Below are positions 1 to 9,286 of a stretch of 64,000 nt of DNA, in pieces (position 1 is the stretch's first letter; the number at the start of each line of letters is the position of its first letter). Origin of the DNA: Candidatus Bathyarchaeota archaeon (lineage in GTDB: Archaea > Thermoproteota > Bathyarchaeia > Bathyarchaeales > Bathycorpusculaceae); contig CAVZJV010000014.1 in the NCBI GenBank assembly GCA_963775685.1, forward strand, positions 1,632,001 to 1,696,000, in the 5' to 3' direction. The notes beneath the pieces were generated by a model. The model was given only the letters and a program-made list of their open reading frames with translations, did no database searches and had not been told where the DNA came from. The position numbers and the translations under genes are program-made.

Positions 1-1653
1 TCCAATGTCTTTGGTTACTTGTTTGCAAAGGCTTTCGTATTCTTCCAAAGTGGCGCCTTCCTTTTTTAGCCAAAGCGAATCCACAATACCATGAAGCACC
101 TCAAAGCCTCGGCTCTCGGAGATTCGAGCTGCCCTAAGAAAAGCATTTCTGCCAAACGCACAAACACCAATGTGCCCATCCACAGTGCCAAATTTCGCAT
201 TCCTATAACCCAAATACCCAAAACACGTCACCAAAATCCACTTCAACGCAACCTGCCTATTATCATAAATCTCCTTGAGCAAAGGACTCGTGACTTCTTC
301 TTTTAGTCGCTTATACTGCTGTCTTTTGGAAACGACCAGTTTTAGGGCTCTGGGAACAACGCCTTCTCGTTTCTCGCAAATGTTGTAGTTTAACTCGGGA
401 ATGCGCAGATGGGAGTCTGGGCAACACTTACAAAGAACCGTCTCGGCGGATATGTTGTTGTTAACCATTAAACTTGGATACATCGATGAAAAATCAACTT
501 CACCAGTGTTGTCGTGGATGCCTACTTTGGGTTCGTAGACAAAGCCGCCTCGGTCAGCAACGAGCAGCTCATAGGCTGATTTGAATGCTTCAGGGATACT
601 TTTGTTTCTGGGAATCAAAATCTCCTGGTTAAACGCTTGATAAAACTGCAGAGAAGACATGCTCGACCCAATGGATGAACGGGAGGAAGTATGCAGGGGT
701 GTTCTGCAGATTCTTGCTATTTCGAACAGTCCCTGAAAGCTGCTTTCGTTTAGGATGAATGTGTTGCCTGCGTCAACATGGATTCTGCCATATAGTCGTG
801 TTGTCGGAGCTTTGTAGAATGTTCGGCCATAGGAAAAGAAGGTTTTTCCCTGTTGGGTTTTTGGGACAAGCGTAACTTCGTCTCTACTTAAGATAAACTC
901 TTCTTGCACGTTATTTTCGATTGCCCGCTGCAGAAGGTAAGAGAAAAGGTATGAATCCCCTCCGTTTGTAACAATAATATCTGGATCAAGCGCCTTTACT
1001 GTTTTACTTAATTGCATGAGCTTTTCTGCTTCATTGCCTACATCGATAGTTATCTTCTTTTCATCTTGTTCCAGGCTTATGTTTGCTATTGGGTCTAGGA
1101 GGTTGGCTATCTTTGATTGTTTGGCGATGTCTATTTTGAGCTGCATTATTCTCAGCGGCGGAATGGAGTAGTTGATGCTTTCAACCGAATCCATCAAGGT
1201 GTATTTTAAGCCTGATTTTTGGGTTTCAACTTCCAAGAAGGCAAGTGGAAACAAGTCATGAGTGAAAAAGTAGCTTCGATCACCGTGCAAATCACTGTTG
1301 TGCACTTCATAGCGTGAGAAATCGCCTATCCTTAGAATTTGCCTTGTTATAGCGGAAACTTTTCTGCAATCCTGTAGAGTAATCTCTAAAACTCTGGATT
1401 TCGCGTAGTCGGTTAGATTTGCATATTTGTAAACAAAGTCCCAGTGGGCAATGTCTGGGTTTGAGTAGATGCGCCCAACCAGTTTTTCGACTTCTTCTTT
1501 TTGGCCTGAAACGTAGATTTTAGGCTGAAACCTATCCGTAAGTCGAATTCTTTGACCTTTTTCGCTTATGATCCAGACTGCCATCTCTCCGACGCCGGTT
1601 GGGTAAACGTCGAATATCCAGCCTCGAATCTTACGGCTGCCGTTTGATTGCAT
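1..1653 (-). CDS. polB2: Family B DNA polymerase, PolB2 subfamily (3' end beyond window)
   Basis: Hand-translated from ATG 1653, same frame at all checked points. Motif A DFSSMYPS, motif B KWILVTCFGYLG, motif C HGIVDSLW. Exonuclease motifs are degenerate. Confidence 0.9.
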   Translation of the reverse strand, partial: MQSNGSRKIRGWIFDVYPTGVGEMAVWIISEKGQRIRLTDRFQPKIYVSGQKEEVEKLVGRIYSNPDIAHWDFVYKYANLTDYAKSRVLEITLQDCRKVSAITRQILRIGDFSRYEVHNSDLHGDRSYFFTHDLFPLAFLEVETQKSGLKYTLMDSVESINYSIPPLRIMQLKIDIAKQSKIANLLDPIANISLEQDEKKITIDVGNEAEKLMQLSKTVKALDPDIIVTNGGDSYLFSYLLQRAIENNVQEEFILSRDEVTLVPKTQQGKTFFSYGRTFYKAPTTRLYGRIHVDAGNTFILNESSFQGLFEIARICRTPLHTSSRSSIGSSMSSLQFYQAFNQEILIPRNKSIPEAFKSAYELLVADRGGFVYEPKVGIHDNTGEVDFSSMYPSLMVNNNISAETVLCKCCPDSHLRIPELNYNICEKREGVVPRALKLVVSKRQQYKRLKEEVTSPLLKEIYDNRQVALKWILVTCFGYLGYRNAKFGTVDGHIGVCAFGRNAFLRAARISESRGFEVLHGIVDSLWLKKEGATLEEYESLCKQVTKDIG

Positions 1654-1891
1654 CCAAAGCCTTCTCTAATCGACCAATCTTCTTCTGCTGGGCTAATAGA
1701 ATCGACATAACCATAGGTTCAAAGAGAATTGGATTGGTGGCGTTGCTTCCGGCTGACGCGTAGTTTCGGCAAGCATCCATCAAAGCCTCAAAGGCTTCCT
1801 TATCCTCAATTCTTAGAGCTTTTTCAAAGCCACTCCACCGGCTAATCTCGTCTTCCAATGCCATGCGGTAGGATTCAACTGTCTTGCCCAT
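1631..1891 (-). CDS. Small helical PolB2-associated protein (arCOG07300-like)
   Basis: MGKTVESYRMALEDEI N-terminus; overlaps polB2 start. Confidence 0.75.
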   Translation of the reverse strand: MGKTVESYRMALEDEISRWSGFEKALRIEDKEAFEALMDACRNYASAGSNATNPILFEPMVMSILLAQQKKIGRLEKALDAIKRQP

Positions 1892-2610
1892 TACGCATTG
1901 GCCTCCGCAAATTCTTCTAAGGTCAAGGCCTCTGCTGGCAACTCAGCAACGCCTAAAGGGAGATAAGGATGCTTTTCTAAAGCAAATTGTCGAGCGTAAT
2001 TTGTCTTTCTTAAGGACAATACAACGTTTGCTCTTCTGATTGTCTGGGTGTGGAGCAGGTCGTTTCTTGTTGAGTCTGCATGTTGCGGGTAGGTTGCAAT
2101 AACTATTGTTTGGGTTTCTCTTGCAAAATTTGAAAGATAAGTCGCGACTTGGCCAAAGATTCTTTGGGCTTCATCCTCAGGAATATCCTTATCTAAGAAG
2201 AACCCGGCAATATCCGAAATTATCACGAGTTTAGCGTTGTATTTTTTGACGGTTTTTTGGAGATGTTGCTTAATGAGTGAAGCTACTTGGTAGGCTGTAA
2301 ACGCTCTTGAAATGTAAATGTTGTCCAAGACTTTTTTTGGACTTAGGTGATGAATCTGGGCTATCTGAGCAATTTGATAGAGCCTAAAGCTGTTTCCTCC
2401 ATCGATGAAAACTATGTTGGTCTGCAATCCGCCCACAGGGGTTGGAAGCTGTGCTCTAACACACATAAGAGATGTCAAGGAAAAAACTGGACCTTGGAGA
2501 ACTGCAAAATCGCCCAAGGCAAATCCTGGAAAAATCTCATTTACACTTCTTAGGTTCAGTGGAAAAACCGGTTGAGATAGTGTAGGCTTAACAATTATGT
2601 TTTGGCTCAA
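1891..2610 (-). CDS. Inactive RadA/Rad51-like ATPase-fold protein
   Basis: VFIDGGNSF, NIYISRAFT and LVIISD motifs; no Walker A GKT. Confidence 0.8.
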   Translation of the reverse strand: MSQNIIVKPTLSQPVFPLNLRSVNEIFPGFALGDFAVLQGPVFSLTSLMCVRAQLPTPVGGLQTNIVFIDGGNSFRLYQIAQIAQIHHLSPKKVLDNIYISRAFTAYQVASLIKQHLQKTVKKYNAKLVIISDIAGFFLDKDIPEDEAQRIFGQVATYLSNFARETQTIVIATYPQHADSTRNDLLHTQTIRRANVVLSLRKTNYARQFALEKHPYLPLGVAELPAEALTLEEFAEANA

Positions 2611-2912
2611 TTTCTTAATTCTCCTAAATGTTGAGAGATAGCAAAAGGTAGTTTTCTGTTTTTAAGCCATCACCCCAAACGACTTTGTCTAATACTGGAG
2701 ACTGGGTTGAAAGTGAACAAGATTAAATGTATTTAACTATAGGTGAAGTTCGATTGGGATGAGAAGGTGCTCCCCATCAGCAAACGTTGCTTCTATCGTA
2801 ACAGTAATAATCGCACCTTTATCAAAATAAAATAGGATTGCGCTGAGAAACGAATTGTCTGCCTCACATAGAACAAATCAAACAAATATTTTTCAGGTAT
2901 TTTTCTTTGCCG

Positions 2913-3047
2913 TTAAAGCAACTCAAAATGGCAGTTACCGCAAAAACAGATTCTACATTTCGGACACCAATGAACTCTGTTCCCAACCTTCTTTCCGCAA
3001 GCATCACAGAAGTACCTTTTAAGAGTGCGCGCAAAGACATCCAACAT
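2913..3047 (-). CDS. 44-aa Cys-rich zinc-finger microprotein
   Basis: MLDVFARTLKRYFCDACGKKVGNRVHWCPKCRICFCGNCHFELL; three CxxC motifs; not in ORF track. Confidence 0.55.
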   Translation of the reverse strand: MLDVFARTLKRYFCDACGKKVGNRVHWCPKCRICFCGNCHFELL

Positions 3048-3051
3048 ACCA

Positions 3052-3480
3052 CTGAATCAGACTCAAAAAGTTTTTGGGTTCGAATTTGTCAAGTCAAAGC
3101 TTCAGCTCGGCAACCAAAGAATTGACACTTTAGCCTTCGAGAATGATAACAAACCTTTCGTTATAATCGAATACAAGATTGACCAGAGCTTTAGCGTTAT
3201 AGATCAAGGTATGCCTATCTTGGTTTACTTCTAAACAACAAAACGGAGTTTATTCTTGAGTATAATGAAAACAAGAGAAAAAGTCTTAAACGCGACGATG
3301 TTGATTGATCACAATCAAAGGTTATTTTCGTTTCTCCACAGTTTACCAAATATCAAAAACAAGCAATCAATTTTAGGGACCTACCAATCGAGCTATGAGA
3401 AATAAGCAAATTTGCCAATGGCACTTCACTGTTTAATCAGGTTGAAATCACCCGAAATGAGCGAATCCATAACTAAAGTG
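3052..3480 (+). pseudogene. PD-(D/E)XK nuclease-like (DUF91/DUF5655-associated) pseudogene
   Basis: RIDTLAF...VIIEYK...VIDQG; frameshift near 3210; in-frame TGA at 3306 and 3396. Confidence 0.7.
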
Positions 3481-3636
3481 AGCCCTAGAAGCAAAATAAT
3501 TCAAAAAGCAATTATTGGCTTTAGGATTACAGTCAGACTATGTTGATTACATGTGGGGCAATCTGTCGATACTTACAATTACATTCAAAACCTCGGAATA
3601 GACAAATTGTGAAACAATATAACGGCGCCACTAATG

Positions 3637-3662
3637 TGGCGGGTCCGACGGAAATTGACCCC
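3637..3662 (-). repeat. Degenerate tRNA 3'-end copy (att-like relic)
   Basis: Reverse complement ends ...TTTCCGTCGGACCCGCCA; 20/26 match to the 3' end of tRNA-Arg at 60611. Confidence 0.55.
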
Positions 3663-3705
3663 CCACTGTTTTGAAGTCATTTGATTTCTGATTTGAGATG
3701 AAAGT

Positions 3706-5172
3706 CTATCGAGGTACAACAGCTAGGAAGGGTTCGGGCTCCATCTCGACTGTTCCATACACTGCTAATGCTACGCTCCAGAACACGTCATCGTGAGTCC
3801 CGGAGGGATGGTTGTAGGCTATGTTTCCGTCTTTTCGCAATTGGTATTTTTCTACGTTTAGTTCGGTGCATATATCGCTTCGATATGGCTTTTCCCAAGT
3901 AAGTAGTGGGAATCGGATTTGTTGGTTCATCATGCGTTGTTTTAGCAAGTTCGCTATTTCGCTTTTGCGGGGGATGGTGAAGTTGACGCCTTCGGCGTTT
4001 TGGATGCTGGCGTTTTCCATGTCTTTGATTAGGCTTGGGCCTTCGCGGGTGAAGTCTACGCGGATTTTCTCAAAGCCGCCCCACTGATCTTGAAGACGTT
4101 TAATGTAGCCTAAAATGTGAGCGTGCGTTGTGGGGTGTGGAAAAAGCTTCTGAAGCCGAAGAAAAATCATGTCATCAACCCGCTCTACAACCGTTAGAGA
4201 TGTGTAGTCTTTGACTTGGCCTATGTCTAATCCAAGGAAGAAATCGCCACTGTAGCTTCTCTCAGTATCGTATTCTTCTAGGTCCTCGCCGCAATTCTTC
4301 TTGGTACCGATGCAGGAAACAATAAGGCTCTGGGGCAACCACACATCTTCATCTTCAGCCCACTCAGCCTCCATCTCCCGCCTCCAACGAGATGGATCAT
4401 CCCCAAACTGCCGCCGAATCCTCTCAATCATCTGCGGATTCAAAGGACCTTCAGGATAAAGCGCCACCTCAAAAGAGAAATGATGACGAACAAAATCAGA
4501 GAAGTCTTTGTGGTTACACATCCTCCAAAACAACGAATCAGTACTGAAAGGCGTGCTACTGGCAATCAGCTTGCCGTTAGTGGTTCCCAACGTGAACAGG
4601 ATCGCGTCATACAATTCATCGTCACAAGCGATAAAATTACATTCATCCCACCAGATACGGTGGAACGTATTACCTCTAATAGTATCCGAATTGTTAGGAA
4701 AAGCCTCAATAACTGAGCCATTCTTAAAGCTGATTCGGGTGCGTTGGATATGGCAGCTTCCAGCTGGGAGGTTTCGGCAAAAACCCGCAACCCGCCTAAG
4801 GTTTAGCTTGGTTTGGCGCCAGCTGGGACCGATAAACCCAACGTTTAGGTTATCGTTTTCGAAGGCATCCTGCAAAAGCAACCCCCCAATTGAGGTGCTC
4901 TTGCCCGTCTGCCTTGGCCACCGGACAGCTAAAAACTGATTTCGCCAATATAGCTCCGCGAGCTCATGCTGATACACAAAAGGCTTAAGACGGCAAATTT
5001 CGGTAAAGAATTTTGCTGTATCGCCTTTAGCTTCATCGACCTTGGCAAACTTGGATGCCTGATAGACATTGGCCTCTTCTCGTAGATCCCGCCAAAGATT
5101 CTCAATCGCTCTGGGATGAAAAGTTCGCCGCTGAGGCAGATCGAACCTATTTTTGTCTGTTCTCTGAGGCAA
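3706..5172 (-). CDS. terL: Phage-type terminase large subunit (ATPase + RNase H-like nuclease)
   Basis: Walker A RQTGKS, Walker B IWWDE, coupling STP, nuclease LGLDIG and HDDVFWSVALA. Confidence 0.9.
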   Translation of the reverse strand: MPQRTDKNRFDLPQRRTFHPRAIENLWRDLREEANVYQASKFAKVDEAKGDTAKFFTEICRLKPFVYQHELAELYWRNQFLAVRWPRQTGKSTSIGGLLLQDAFENDNLNVGFIGPSWRQTKLNLRRVAGFCRNLPAGSCHIQRTRISFKNGSVIEAFPNNSDTIRGNTFHRIWWDECNFIACDDELYDAILFTLGTTNGKLIASSTPFSTDSLFWRMCNHKDFSDFVRHHFSFEVALYPEGPLNPQMIERIRRQFGDDPSRWRREMEAEWAEDEDVWLPQSLIVSCIGTKKNCGEDLEEYDTERSYSGDFFLGLDIGQVKDYTSLTVVERVDDMIFLRLQKLFPHPTTHAHILGYIKRLQDQWGGFEKIRVDFTREGPSLIKDMENASIQNAEGVNFTIPRKSEIANLLKQRMMNQQIRFPLLTWEKPYRSDICTELNVEKYQLRKDGNIAYNHPSGTHDDVFWSVALAVYGTVEMEPEPFLAVVPR

Positions 5173-5733
5173 GTTGCCGTTTCAACTCCATGACTTCAGT
5201 CTCAAGTCCGCGGTAATTGACATACTTTGCAAAAAGTTCCTGGTAAACCTTGACGGCCATTATGATGTTGCGAAGCCGTGAGTCCATTTTCTAAAAAGCA
5301 ATCTTTTGTTATGTAATCGCCAGCCGTGAGACCTCCGCCTTGGTAAGTCCAGGCTGCCTTAGAGCGTCTATCGATGCGCTTAAAACTTCTCTTCCTCGAC
5401 GCTTGGCAACTCATCAGGCAACTTCAAATCGGCGCCAACAACATCAGCTGAAACACAAGAAACCCGCACAGGTCTTGAAGCTATCTGAGTAACACTCTCG
5501 GGCGCCGGGCGAGTTGTTGTTGTTGCAATTGTTGTTGCAACCGAATTTTGCACACCAGTTGCAACAACTACTGAATTCAAACCAGAATTGAACAACTTAC
5601 CCTTAATCGAAAGACGAGTCTTGCCCATTATTCTTGAAATTTCATCAAAACTCTTCCCCTCTCCAACAAGCGTACGCAATTGCCGTTCTTCATCAATCGA
5701 CCACTGCTTACCCCTCAACCAAACAGCCCCCAA
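5147..5733 (-). pseudogene. HTH + coiled-coil protein upstream of terL (TerS-like), disrupted
   Basis: N-terminal WSIDEERQLR HTH; frameshift near 5385; 48-bp insertion with stop; reconstructed C-terminus VKVYQELFAKYVNYRGLETEVMELKRQL ends at TAG 5147. Confidence 0.65.
5274..5330. repeat. 39-bp insertion flanked by 9-bp direct repeat AGCCGTGAG
   Basis: Repeats at 5274-5282 and 5322-5330. Confidence 0.8.
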
Positions 5734-5847
5734 CCAAACCAGCCAAAAACCCCACCCAACCTCAACACTTCACATTTTCTAGCCTGCTAACTAGAAAAAC
5801 CCATTAAAACATTGTTAACACGCTTCTGTAAGTTTCCCAAACAGCAC

Positions 5848-6174
5848 CTATTTGCTTTTGCTGCCGAAGAGTTCCATAAAAAAATAGACGATCAGAGGAA
5901 TGTTAACGACAACGCGGATAGCGTTTATCCAAATACCAAAATAAATCACGTTGCTAAAGCTCTTGCTCAGAGTATAGCTCAACGTAAAGATGGCAAACGC
6001 AAAACCTCACTTACGCGTCGACAAAACACCCACAATGGAACCCACCCACAAAGCGATTTCAATATAGTTATTTAAGTCAGCTATGTTGCCGTTAACTAGC
6101 AAGAGGGTCATGAGCAGGATGTTAAGTATCATCCAGAGCACGATTGGGTAAACAAACAATTTTCTACTAACCAT
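5848..6174 (-). pseudogene. About 4-TM membrane protein with internal TGA
   Basis: MVSRKLFVYPIVLWMILN...STRK*GFAFAIF...SKSK; single stop at 6007-6009. Confidence 0.7.
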
Positions 6175-6269
6175 TTTCGCTCAAAGCAAACTAACACTGG
6201 GATTGCTTTAAAATTTTTGCAACAGATTCGGGGTTTAGGGGAAGTTTTTAAAAACACAACATTCTCAGT

Positions 6270-7637
6270 ATGCTACGGGACAACCAAGTGGAAAACAAAA
6301 ACTTCAAAACTCTACTAAGCCAGCATTACCCCATACTGGGAGTTTTGCTTGGCGCTTTTCTGATTTTAACATCCACTGGAACCTATACTAACTGGGATGC
6401 ACAACTTGAGTTTGAAGCGGCCTCAAACGTAATCATGAAAGGCTTTCCCTTTGTCACTAATGGACTTATGATTAATCAACCACCGCTTGGCTTCTACATA
6501 GACGCACCAGCCTTTCATGCATTTGGCTTATCCTACCTAAATGGAGTCAGCATCGCGACAGCTTTTGGGCTCAGCTCCGTCCTGCTCGTCTATGCATTGG
6601 GCGCCTTATTGTTCAGCAAACAAACAGGAATAGCAGCGGCTGCACTCTTCGGCATCATCCCCTGGCACGTCTACATATCAAGAATCTTTCTAATAGACAA
6701 CCAAAGCCTGTTCTTCAGCTTGCTCTTTTTGATTGCCAGCATTTTGGCTCTCCGCAAAAACTCCCCCAAACTAACGCTGGCCGCAGGAACCTTCTTTGCA
6801 ATGGCGCTTCTGACAAAACTATTTGCATTGTTCACACTGATTCCTATGCTACTTATAATTCTGCTACAAAGAAAAAAAACAAAATTCAAACTCTCGTTGC
6901 ATAACATTCTAGTTTTCATTTTGCCCACGTTGCTTTCACAGGCAATCTGGTTTGGACGATTTGCCAACCAAAACTTCTTCGGAGTATACTTTAGCAGCGA
7001 CATAACCCACCCGGTGCTTATAGCTAATCCCAATCCATTGTTCTTGCCCATAATTCTTGTGAATAGCGCTGGATGGCTGCTGTTTGCTGCCGGACTTTTT
7101 TCCTTAACGCTAACAATCCTCTACAGGAACGTTCTGACAAAAAATCTGTGGCTGGACATTGTTTGCGTCGGAACCGTTGGGACAGTTGCTGCTTTGAACT
7201 TGCTTTTGGTCTATGGATTGCATTTAACAGTACCCTATGTTAGCGTTTTCAAATACAACTATTTTGCCCTACCCTTCTACTGTTTACTTGCAGCCTCGCT
7301 ACTCGAAAAAGGCAGGATACTTACCGCTACAACGGAGTGGAAAAAGAAAACCAATTCAATTAAAATAGTTCTTGTTGGGTTGGGAGTTGTCTTGCTCTTT
7401 TCCTGCTTTGTGGAAAGCATGATGTTTCTGCTTAAGTGGGTGGGGTTTGCGTCTTTTGGCGTGGATTCAGTTACTTACTACCCGTTTGATGTGTTTGCCG
7501 GACCAACGGGTTATTTTGAAGCTTTCCATTTTGCAGGTTTCGTTTTGATAATACTTAGCGTAGTTGCGCCTTTCATTTTGACGAGTATAAAGAGAAATCT
7601 TTTTTCGGAGAACATAAAAAGACAAACCGCGAAGTAA
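6270..7637 (+). CDS. ArnT/PMT (GT-C fold) membrane glycosyltransferase
   Basis: NWD, QPPLG and RIFLID motifs; many TM helices. Confidence 0.8.
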   Translation: MLRDNQVENKNFKTLLSQHYPILGVLLGAFLILTSTGTYTNWDAQLEFEAASNVIMKGFPFVTNGLMINQPPLGFYIDAPAFHAFGLSYLNGVSIATAFGLSSVLLVYALGALLFSKQTGIAAAALFGIIPWHVYISRIFLIDNQSLFFSLLFLIASILALRKNSPKLTLAAGTFFAMALLTKLFALFTLIPMLLIILLQRKKTKFKLSLHNILVFILPTLLSQAIWFGRFANQNFFGVYFSSDITHPVLIANPNPLFLPIILVNSAGWLLFAAGLFSLTLTILYRNVLTKNLWLDIVCVGTVGTVAALNLLLVYGLHLTVPYVSVFKYNYFALPFYCLLAASLLEKGRILTATTEWKKKTNSIKIVLVGLGVVLLFSCFVESMMFLLKWVGFASFGVDSVTYYPFDVFAGPTGYFEAFHFAGFVLIILSVVAPFILTSIKRNLFSENIKRQTAK

Positions 7638-7655
7638 TAAGAGCAGCTGATAAAG

Positions 7656-8624
7656 ATGGCTAACGATTCTACAAACAGCAAAGCATGTGCCTCAATGCAT
7701 GAAGTAACCAAAGACTACAATGGTTTCCGCGCTTTGGACAATGTGTCTTTTGAAATTAAAGAAGGAGAAATCTTCGGGTACATCGGTCCCAACGGTGCTG
7801 GAAAAACCACTACGTTGAAGATTCTGGTTGGGTTGATTAACGATTTCCAAGGAGAAGTCCAAATAGGCGGGTACCAGCTGCCAAAGCAGAAGCTGGAGGC
7901 TCATGGTTTGCTAGGTTACCTTCCCCAAAACGTGGCTTTTCAAGAGTGGCGAACCGTTGACCATGCGCTTAAGACGTTTGGGAAACTCTCAGGACTAACA
8001 GAAACAGAAGTGGAGCAACGCATCCCAAAAATTCTGGATTTAATGTCTTTAAGCGACGTACGTCATAAAAAGATTTCACAGCTCTCCGGCGGTATGACCC
8101 AGAAGGTTGGATTGGCACAGGCGCTTTTGCATGACCCAAAACTTTTGGTTATGGATGAGCCGATGGGGGGACTTGACCCGCTTAGCCGGCATCAATTCAA
8201 AGATATTGTTCTAAAACTCGCAAAAAACAGAACCACCATCCTGTTTTCGTCACACATACTAAGCGATGTCCAAGACGTAGCCGACCGCATTGGAATCCTT
8301 AGCCACGGAAAAATAAAGATGGTAGGCACAATGAACGAACTAAAAAGCCAACTCTACAACCAAAAAATCGTCGAAGTACTCCTCTCCTACATCACCGATA
8401 AATGGCAACAGTTCAACTCCATCCTGAACGTAAGCAAAATTGAACAACCATCACCCGGTAGAGTGCTAGTTTACCTTCAAACAGGAGCAGATGAAGACCA
8501 AGTCATCAACGACTTAGTCAAACGCATAGCAGAACTCGGCATTCGAATTCGAGGCATCAACATGCTGTCGCCTTCACTAGATGAAATTTACCTTAACTAT
8601 GTCCAAAAGGGGGAGAGTTCATGA
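7656..8624 (+). CDS. ABC transporter ATP-binding protein
   Basis: GPNGAGKT, LSGGM, VMDEP. Confidence 0.95.
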   Translation: MANDSTNSKACASMHEVTKDYNGFRALDNVSFEIKEGEIFGYIGPNGAGKTTTLKILVGLINDFQGEVQIGGYQLPKQKLEAHGLLGYLPQNVAFQEWRTVDHALKTFGKLSGLTETEVEQRIPKILDLMSLSDVRHKKISQLSGGMTQKVGLAQALLHDPKLLVMDEPMGGLDPLSRHQFKDIVLKLAKNRTTILFSSHILSDVQDVADRIGILSHGKIKMVGTMNELKSQLYNQKIVEVLLSYITDKWQQFNSILNVSKIEQPSPGRVLVYLQTGADEDQVINDLVKRIAELGIRIRGINMLSPSLDEIYLNYVQKGESS

Positions 8625-9286
8625 AACTACAACTACTATACATTGATGAATTACGGGGCTTCTACAAGTCAAAAGTTATGCTTTTCCTCTGGATAGGCTT
8701 ACCCGTCGTTGCCCTATTATTCCGCTTTATCCAGTCCAGCATTACAGGACAAGATATATCCTTCACAGTTATTTCAGCGCTTTTAGTTTCAAGCCTTGCA
8801 GGAACTCTCGCTGCAGTTATGCTTACAGTGTCTATAATCAACGAGAAGAACCGACATGTTTACGAGTTGTTCTTGATTAGACCTCTAAAACGCAGAGACA
8901 TAATGCTTGCCAAATTTTTCTCAGTCTACAGTTGCGTTGCAGTTGCAAGCTTGATTGCAGTTTTGGTTGGTATAGTGGCAGACTTTTTTACTTCGGGTGC
9001 ACTTTCAGCAACAGTCGTCAAAGACACCGCTCAATCGCTCGCTATAAACCTGTCGATGGTTGCGGTCGCTTGCTCAGCGGGCGTTCTCATAGGCGTTGCT
9101 TCCCCCTCAGTGCTTGTCGGCGCCATACTAGTCATTTACGGAGGAAACCAAATCTCAGTGATCCCCCTCATTCCAACTCTGCTCAACCTACCTCAAGCAG
9201 ACCTATTCACGGTTGGCTTAGCAGCAGCAGTCACAATCGCTCTCCTAACCGGAGCTATCTTTTTGTTTGAAAGAAAACAATTCTAA
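8621..9286 (+). CDS. ABC-2 type permease
   Basis: About 6 TM helices; EK..RP..R..I.LAK motif; overlaps ATPase stop. Confidence 0.85.
   Translation: MKLQLLYIDELRGFYKSKVMLFLWIGLPVVALLFRFIQSSITGQDISFTVISALLVSSLAGTLAAVMLTVSIINEKNRHVYELFLIRPLKRRDIMLAKFFSVYSCVAVASLIAVLVGIVADFFTSGALSATVVKDTAQSLAINLSMVAVACSAGVLIGVASPSVLVGAILVIYGGNQISVIPLIPTLLNLPQADLFTVGLAAAVTIALLTGAIFLFERKQF

Noticed and set aside
2700-2830. Damage-responsive ANTTTC element or riboswitch upstream of the polB2 cassette
   Set aside because: The hexamer is too short and poorly placed; weak stems match no riboswitch consensus I recognise
2864-3052. 62-aa ORF from the track
   Set aside because: The overlapping frame 2913-3047 with three CxxC motifs is more credible
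3052-6174. Genome-wide TGA reassignment or selenocysteine
   Set aside because: TGA terminates many intact genes (hisC, hisF, hisI) and Trp is encoded by TGG
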